Origin: a virus
IMG/VR virus record: IMGVR_UViG_3300020029_000047
Coordinates: 1-6,134 of that record
DNA length: 6,134 nucleotides
Reading direction: 5' to 3' (one strand)
Shown here piece after piece: positions 1 through 3,914 of this stretch. Position 1 is the stretch's first letter, and every line of letters begins with the position of its first letter. The translations under genes were made by a program, and so were the position numbers. Below the pieces are notes generated by a model. The model was not told the origin of the DNA. It did not search any database and was given only the letters and a program-made list of their open reading frames with translations.

Positions 1-121
1 ATCGAGGGATCGAGTAATTATAATTGATACACTTCGAAGAATCGAAATAAGACCACGACGCAACGCGAGCAGAAGGACGAGGCATATAACCAAGAAAATC
101 ACCAACGCCAGCAGATACGAA
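1..121. repeat. Left copy of the 121-nt terminal redundancy (same as 6014-6134); circular-contig overlap, not a biological repeat
   Basis: atcgagggatcgagtaattataattgatac...ccagcagatacgaa reads identically at 1-121 and 6014-6134 by eye. It lies inside the Rep coding sequence. Confidence 0.95.
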
Positions 122-775
122 TTTTCGCGTATAACGGCGATGTTGGAGGAGGCAAGATAAAGGTGTAAGTTTTCCATCTACGGTAACATATTTATCCGAA
201 ATCTCTTCGGGATTAAATTGAATTTGTTTAGTAACATATTTGACACAATATCGAGCACGCTTATGAGTAGCCTTCGATAGCCACACAAAACCAAGGTCTC
301 GAACAGCAGCGCGAATTGTGTTGTAAAGAACGTCGGTGCCGAATAGAAAGCCATGAAAATGCAACCGAGGCTCATTTCCCATTTCAGGGTGTGTGCCAAA
401 CTCTTGGAAGAAAGCGTGCTTAAACGAATGACCGAGCTTATGTCGCAAACGCTCATTGAAACGTCGAATGAATCGAGAAGGATCGAGGAGCGCCTCATTG
501 TAATAACTCGGAGCAATCGTTATTGTAATAAAAATAGCCTGCCGACTATTAGCTTTACAACGAGTTAACTCGCGTTCCAATCGAACGAACCAATCATTAC
601 GCTGACGACGCAAGCAGTCTTCGCACTTTCCACAAGGAATCATAAGCCATTGACGAGCAATATCCCAGGGACGAAGGGCGAGTGCAGACTTAGCAACATC
701 AGAACCGTTACGGCAAGGATTTTTCTTGTCGAAATAACGGCGATTTCGTATCCATATGGGAGAAGAGCAAGCCAT
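1..775 (-). CDS. VP4: Replication initiation protein (Microviridae VP4 / gene A-like HUH endonuclease), N-terminal 258 codons; continues across the circular junction into 6013..5718
   Basis: Hand translation of the minus frame not listed in the ORF track. ATG is at 773-775, with an in-frame TAG 15 nt upstream, and the frame stays open to position 1. Protein: MACSSPIWIRNRRYFDKKNPCRNGSDVAKSALALRPWDIARQWLMIPCGKCEDCLRRQRNDWFVRLERELTRCKANSRQAIFITITIAPSYYNEALLDPSRFIRRFNERLRHKLGHSFKHAFFQEFGTHPEMGNEPRLHFHGFLFGTDVLYNTIRAAVRDLGFVWLSKATHKRARYCVKYVTKQIQFNPEEISDKYVTVDGKLTPLSCLLQHRRYTRKFVSAGVGDFLGYMPRPS... Rolling-circle motifs: motif 1 IFITITI, HUH as HFH (codons 353-361), and two-tyrosine motif YCVKYVTK (227-250; compare phiX174 A YVAKYVNK). 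There is also a CGKCEDC cysteine cluster. The M-x-C-x-x-P N-terminus is typical of microvirus Rep. Confidence 0.93.
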   Translation of the reverse strand, partial: MACSSPIWIRNRRYFDKKNPCRNGSDVAKSALALRPWDIARQWLMIPCGKCEDCLRRQRNDWFVRLERELTRCKANSRQAIFITITIAPSYYNEALLDPSRFIRRFNERLRHKLGHSFKHAFFQEFGTHPEMGNEPRLHFHGFLFGTDVLYNTIRAAVRDLGFVWLSKATHKRARYCVKYVTKQIQFNPEEISDKYVTVDGKLTPLSCLLQHRRYTRKFVSAGVGDFLGYMPRPSARVASWSYFDSSKCINYNYSIPR

Positions 776-975
776 TAAAAAAGACTTCTAAGGCAATCAA
801 ACTTAATATAAGGATTAGTACGACGACAACAGGCAAGATAATCATTCGCAGGGCTTTCATCGGCAAACCAGGCGATAATAACTCGCTTTCTGCCGCGATA
901 TGCGCCAACAGAATAACGATGGGGGACACTATTAATAATAGGGGAAAATCTAGGCTTGAAATCGAAATAATCCAT
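775..975 (-). CDS. Hypothetical small basic protein (66 aa), first gene after the non-coding region, coupled to Rep
   Basis: ATG is at 973-975 and TAA at 775-777. The stop shares one base with the Rep ATG (TAATG). Composition is non-repetitive (MDYFDFKPRFSPIINSVPHRYSVGAYRGRKRVIIAWFADESPANDYLACCRRTNPYIKFDCLRSLF), with net positive charge by my count. I recognise no family. Confidence 0.6.
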   Translation of the reverse strand: MDYFDFKPRFSPIINSVPHRYSVGAYRGRKRVIIAWFADESPANDYLACCRRTNPYIKFDCLRSLF

Positions 976-1016
976 AATTTAAAAATATTACTTGACAACA
1001 ATTACTACGTTTCGCC

Positions 1017-1058
1017 GGCCGACAGCCTTAACGGCTGGGACGCTGCGCGTCTTCGGCC
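1017..1058. other. GC-rich three-way-junction inverted-repeat element in the main intergenic region; candidate replication origin or priming signal
   Basis: All pairs are Watson-Crick. The outer stem is 1017-1022 (ggccga) with 1053-1058 (tcggcc). Hairpin A is 1023-1027 (cagcc) with 1033-1037 (ggctg), loop ttaac. Hairpin B is 1039-1043 (gacgc) with 1047-1051 (gcgtc), loop tgc. Only 1038 and 1052 are unpaired at the junction. This gives 16 bp in 42 nt, in the most GC-rich patch of the window. Confidence 0.5.
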
Positions 1059-1103
1059 TCCATGGCTACACTTCGTTTGGGTAATAACGGTAAACCGGTG
1101 AAT

Positions 1104-1137
1104 AAAAAAACCCGCAGGAGAGGAGAATCTCCTGGGG
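1104..1137 (-). terminator. Rho-independent terminator closing the minus-strand gene series
   Basis: The minus strand reads CCCCAGGAGATTCTCCTCTCCTGCGGG followed by TTTTTTT. The stem pairs caggaga 1115-1121 with tctcctg 1128-1134, plus ccc 1111-1113 with ggg 1135-1137. G1114 is bulged and the loop is 6 nt. The T7 run is the complement of 1104-1110. The element lies 47 nt downstream of the 107-aa ORF stop. Confidence 0.8.
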
Positions 1138-1183
1138 CTCAACAAGTTAAAGAACTCTTCCACCAAGCGGGCGGATCACTACT

Positions 1184-1507
1184 CTAGTGCCCTTTCCCTT
1201 CTTCTTTCGACGCGCTTTCATTGTGAGTCAAATCAGTGCTAAACATAAGAACAAGTGTATTATCGAAAAAATCAATCGAAAAATCAGGATACGCAATCAG
1301 GGCCTCTACAAGGCTCGGAATCCGACAATGATTGATATAGGGCGAAGCAAAGATACAAGAATGCTCTACAAAATCAGGAACAGGCGTATGCTCAAGAGTA
1401 GCAAGGGGTAATGTCGAAAACTGATCGTCTTTAATACAACCTACCTGAACAAAATCGGCCTTAATAGCCGGATTAATGCGGCGAATGACTATATGAACCT
1501 GTGTCAT
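1184..1507 (-). CDS. Hypothetical protein (107 aa), accessory, unknown function
   Basis: ATG is at 1505-1507 and TAG at 1184-1186. It starts 23 nt after the preceding ORF and is followed by the terminator. Composition looks globular (MTQVHIVIRRINPAIKADFVQVGCIKDDQF...). I recognise no motif. Confidence 0.65.
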   Translation of the reverse strand: MTQVHIVIRRINPAIKADFVQVGCIKDDQFSTLPLATLEHTPVPDFVEHSCIFASPYINHCRIPSLVEALIAYPDFSIDFFDNTLVLMFSTDLTHNESASKEEGKGH

Positions 1508-1530
1508 AATAATATAATTTAATGTTTCAT

Positions 1531-1836
1531 TTAAAGCTTATCGTAAAAACGCCTCCAAGCATCGGAGTGTTTAATCCAGAATTCGTAACCCTCAGGAGTT
1601 GAATGAAATAGAAAAGCAGAGGAGATGAGGGATTCGGGACCAAGGCTAGGCCTAAGATAAACATATCGGATGTGAGCACGCAACAAGTCTCGAAAGGTTT
1701 CCCGAGTCGTAGAGGTGCGATCGTAGTTCGCCCTAAAGGCGGTGAATATTCCGCGGCGAACGAGCCACTCAACGAATGCGTATTCTATAACATCGATCGC
1801 CAGCCTGTCAACTTTGGAATTTTTAGTTTTTTTCAT
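1531..1836 (-). CDS. Hypothetical protein (101 aa), accessory, unknown function
   Basis: ATG is at 1834-1836 and TAA at 1531-1533. A Bacteroides-type promoter match precedes it. The N-terminus is Lys-rich and the C-terminus is aromatic-rich (FLFHSTPEGYEFWIKHSDAWRRFY). I cannot assign a family from memory. Confidence 0.65.
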   Translation of the reverse strand: MKKTKNSKVDRLAIDVIEYAFVEWLVRRGIFTAFRANYDRTSTTRETFRDLLRAHIRYVYLRPSLGPESLISSAFLFHSTPEGYEFWIKHSDAWRRFYDKL

Positions 1837-1862
1837 AACAATACGGTTATTGGTTTACAATG

Positions 1863-1893
1863 CAAATATAATAACAACAATCTAAAATGCAAA
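1863..1893 (-). promoter_or_regulatory. Putative Bacteroidota sigma-AB type promoter (-33 TTTG / -7 TAnnTTTG) upstream of the 101/107-aa ORFs
   Basis: The minus strand of the 72-nt VP2/ORF101 intergenic region reads TTTG (1893-1890), then 19 nt, then TATATTTG (1870-1863), then 26 nt, then ATG (1836). This is an exact match to the published Bacteroides consensus TTTG-N19-21-TAnnTTTG. Confidence 0.45.
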
Positions 1894-1908
1894 AAAAAAT
1901 CAACAATT

Positions 1909-3279
1909 CTAGCGAGATCTTCGAGTAGTATTATACGAACTTGAGTGAGTGCCACGAGTCATCTCTGTTTTCGCATAACCAACAAGATTTCCTTTCGAGT
2001 CATAACGAGTCGTAAGGGAAGAGCCGGCAGAATCACTCGTAGAACCGCCAGCAGAGATAGTCTTAGATGCACGAGACATGCCTCCACGAATTATACCTGC
2101 ACCGGCGATACTAGCGGCCGCACCAACTAAAGCTTTAGAAATTTCAACATACGGGTCAACCTTCGCATTACGAAGGGCAATACGAGCTTGCTCGGGAAGA
2201 AAATCAGAAGCATTCGCCTCATTTATAATAGTTTTATCGTAGAAGTCTTTAAGCGACATTGAGATTTTAAAAGTCCTAGGACCAGGATTTCCACGGGTAA
2301 TAGGATTTTTGCTTCTAAGATTTTCTGAATACTGAGGATTCGGAATTTCAATATCAAAACGCTTTTCCCAATTACGTGCGAGCTCATTAGCAGTATCGAG
2401 ATTATTTAAACGCAAAGACTCTATGACTTCACCAGCCTGTTCGCCAAGAATTTGATTAAGAGCGGCCTGAGTATTCATCATAAAAGCCTGTGCGGACATC
2501 ACAGCACCTAAATGATCGTTCTCGATATTCAAGCGGCGAACCTCTCCAGCAGTTAGGGCAGCTTGATTCTTTTTTTCATCAATAGTACTCAAAAGAGTGG
2601 CATCTGAAATAAAAAGCGCATTCCTTTCAAGGCTCTCCTGTACCTTAAGAACATCAGTAACGGCCAAATTATGCTTAGTAGCAGCCTGATCTAGAGCTAC
2701 GCGAGTTTGAGCCATGAGAGTATATAACTGGTGGCCAACGTTTTGATCGCTAATTGATCGAGCCTCGGCATTGTCGCGATTGGCAGCAGCGGAATTACGG
2801 TCAACCGTAGACTGAGCAACCATATTCTGTGCAATAGAAGTAGGATCAGCAGGAGCGAAGCCACCGGAAGCAACAGAAGCGCCTCCCGCAGGTCCAGAGG
2901 CGGAGGGCATAGAAGCAGTGCCGCCCGACATGGTAGCATTGACGCCAACGCCAGAAGAGCCTAAAACGGCAGCAGGCGTCACACCAGCCTTTAGGTAACG
3001 ATCGAAAACCTTCGTAGGGTCATTATAGGCGTTCTCGTAATCGAACTGTTTCTGCCAATTAGCATAGGAAAGCTCCGACTGCTTTTGCATTTGCTCTAAA
3101 GCGTACTGCTGTTGAAGCTTCATTTGCTTTTGCTGAAAACGCCATTGGCGGCGGGCGTTCATTCCTCCGAAAAGCTGACCAAGAGCGCCGGTGATCAAGC
3201 CAGTAGTACCAGTAGAAGCAGCAGACTGACCGAGAGCTTGACCAAAAGATGCAGCAATGGGACCAATAGGAGCAGGCAT
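1909..3279 (-). CDS. VP2: Minor capsid / DNA pilot protein (Microviridae VP2, functional analogue of phiX174 H)
   Basis: 456-aa ORF with ATG 3277-3279 and TAG 1909-1911. The N-terminus is Gly/Ala-rich (MPAPIGPIAASFGQALGQSAASTGTTGLITGALGQLFGG). A Gln-rich block follows, then the conserved-looking ENAYNDPTKVFDRYLKAGVTPAAVLG segment, which fits the N-x-YN-x-P...R...AG-x-xP pattern I associate with gokusho/alpa VP2. After that comes a G/A/S low-complexity linker and a long, helix-prone central region. Confidence 0.85.
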   Translation of the reverse strand: MPAPIGPIAASFGQALGQSAASTGTTGLITGALGQLFGGMNARRQWRFQQKQMKLQQQYALEQMQKQSELSYANWQKQFDYENAYNDPTKVFDRYLKAGVTPAAVLGSSGVGVNATMSGGTASMPSASGPAGGASVASGGFAPADPTSIAQNMVAQSTVDRNSAAANRDNAEARSISDQNVGHQLYTLMAQTRVALDQAATKHNLAVTDVLKVQESLERNALFISDATLLSTIDEKKNQAALTAGEVRRLNIENDHLGAVMSAQAFMMNTQAALNQILGEQAGEVIESLRLNNLDTANELARNWEKRFDIEIPNPQYSENLRSKNPITRGNPGPRTFKISMSLKDFYDKTIINEANASDFLPEQARIALRNAKVDPYVEISKALVGAAASIAGAGIIRGGMSRASKTISAGGSTSDSAGSSLTTRYDSKGNLVGYAKTEMTRGTHSSSYNTTRRSR

Positions 3280-3280
3280 A

Positions 3281-3472
3281 CTACAGATGAGTTAAATTAT
3301 TAGAGCGGATAATATAATCAACACGAACAGTGTCAATATGAACACCGCTACGCTGCATCCTAGCCTGGGCAGAACACGAGGCAAGAAAGAAGGCGGCTAA
3401 AGCAGCAACGATAGACGAGACAAGCGTCCAAAACGCCTTCGACTTATAAAACGGTTGTTTGATATCAGACAT
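3281..3472 (-). CDS. Small predicted lipoprotein precursor (63 aa; mature about 31 aa). The alternative upstream ATG at 3581-3583 would give 100 aa
   Basis: From ATG 3470-3472: MSDIKQPFYKSKAFWTLVSSIVAALAAFFLASCSAQARMQRSGVHIDTVRVDYIIRSNNLTHL. It has a Lys-containing n-region, an uninterrupted hydrophobic h-region, and lipobox L-A-S-C with Cys33 (codon 3374-3376). TAG is at 3281-3283, 1 nt before the VP2 ATG. The upstream 37 codons coincide with a GC-rich hairpin plus T-run, so I favour the internal start. Confidence 0.6.
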   Translation of the reverse strand: MSDIKQPFYKSKAFWTLVSSIVAALAAFFLASCSAQARMQRSGVHIDTVRVDYIIRSNNLTHL

Positions 3473-3497
3473 GATAGTAGAATTTAAAGAACGATAG

Positions 3498-3575
3498 AAA
3501 AATGCGCGACCTCTCCTGCAGTCGTTACCAATAACCTCTAGCAATTCACGAACTCTTGCAAGAGGGGTCCGCGCA
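3498..3575 (-). terminator. Long imperfect hairpin followed by T5; candidate partial terminator or attenuator after the capsid/scaffold block
   Basis: Arm tgcgcgacctctcctgca (3503-3520) pairs with tgcaagaggggtccgcgca (3557-3575). That gives 16 Watson-Crick pairs interrupted by three small bulges, around a 36-nt interior. On the minus strand the 3' arm is followed directly by TTTTT (complement of 3498-3502). Confidence 0.35.
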
Positions 3576-3605
3576 CGTAACATATATCGTCAAGTAAAGA
3601 ATGTA

Positions 3606-3902
3606 CTATTTTTCTTCAGAATTAGTAGACTTCGAGTCAGACTTACTCCTATCTATCATTGAATCAATAAGTTCTTGACCTACTTCGAGACCGTCAAACT
3701 TATCCATACGAGAGAAGGAATTAGGGTCAAAATCGATATCAGGGTTGAACTTCTCCCCCTTCTCGAAATCAGAAGGCTCAACAACCACATCCGGCCGGCC
3801 GGGAAGAACATCGACAGAACCAGAGCCGTCGAGAACAGACATGATGCGCTGACCACGAGAAACATAAGTGGGAGCATCCTCAAGAAGCCAATCAAGTGCC
3901 AT
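3606..3902 (-). CDS. Acidic 98-aa protein; putative internal scaffolding protein (VP3-like by position and charge only)
   Basis: ATG is at 3900-3902, 12 nt after the VP1 stop, and TAG at 3606-3608. By my count there are about 22 Asp/Glu against about 11 Lys/Arg (MALDWLLEDAPTYVSRGQ...DIDFDPNSFSRMDKFDGLEVGQELIDSMIDRSKSDSKSTNSEEK). Scaffolding proteins of this family are acidic and are encoded beside the capsid genes. I recognise no sequence motif. Confidence 0.45.
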   Translation of the reverse strand: MALDWLLEDAPTYVSRGQRIMSVLDGSGSVDVLPGRPDVVVEPSDFEKGEKFNPDIDFDPNSFSRMDKFDGLEVGQELIDSMIDRSKSDSKSTNSEEK

Positions 3903-3914
3903 AAAATCAATGTA

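Noticed and set aside
39-970. Shared 11-mer aatcgaaataa at about 40-50 and 960-970
   Set aside because: An exact repeat of that length is expected by chance a few times in a 6-kb sequence, and there is no flanking similarity.
992-997. Perfect TTGACA on the plus strand in the non-coding region
   Set aside because: There is no TATAAT-like element 16-18 nt downstream and no credible plus-strand gene to drive. The likely host does not use this consensus.
178-1001. Minus-strand ORFs of 112 aa (178-516) and 97 aa (708-1001), and the idea that Rep is fragmented or the phage uses a reassigned stop codon
   Set aside because: Both are off-frame relative to an intact Rep or ORF66 reading frame. They translate to Leu/Ile/Ser/Phe-rich low-complexity sequence, as expected from a T-rich coding strand. 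Rep reads through with the standard code, so there is no evidence for recoding.
3473-3583. N-terminal 37-codon extension of the lipoprotein ORF (100-aa version starting at ATG 3581-3583)
   Set aside because: The extension would place an Arg-rich, Cys-containing segment before the signal peptide, which is an unusual topology. It also coincides with the GC-rich bulged hairpin and T-run. I keep it as an alternative start, not as the preferred model.
798-3702. Three further TAnnTTTG octamers on the coding strand (798-805, 1348-1355, 3695-3702)
   Set aside because: All three are inside coding sequence and lack a correctly spaced TTTG. One or more chance occurrences are expected on a T-rich 6-kb strand. 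The one at 798-805, 23 nt before the Rep ATG with GTTG at 21-nt spacing, is the only one that might be a weak internal promoter.
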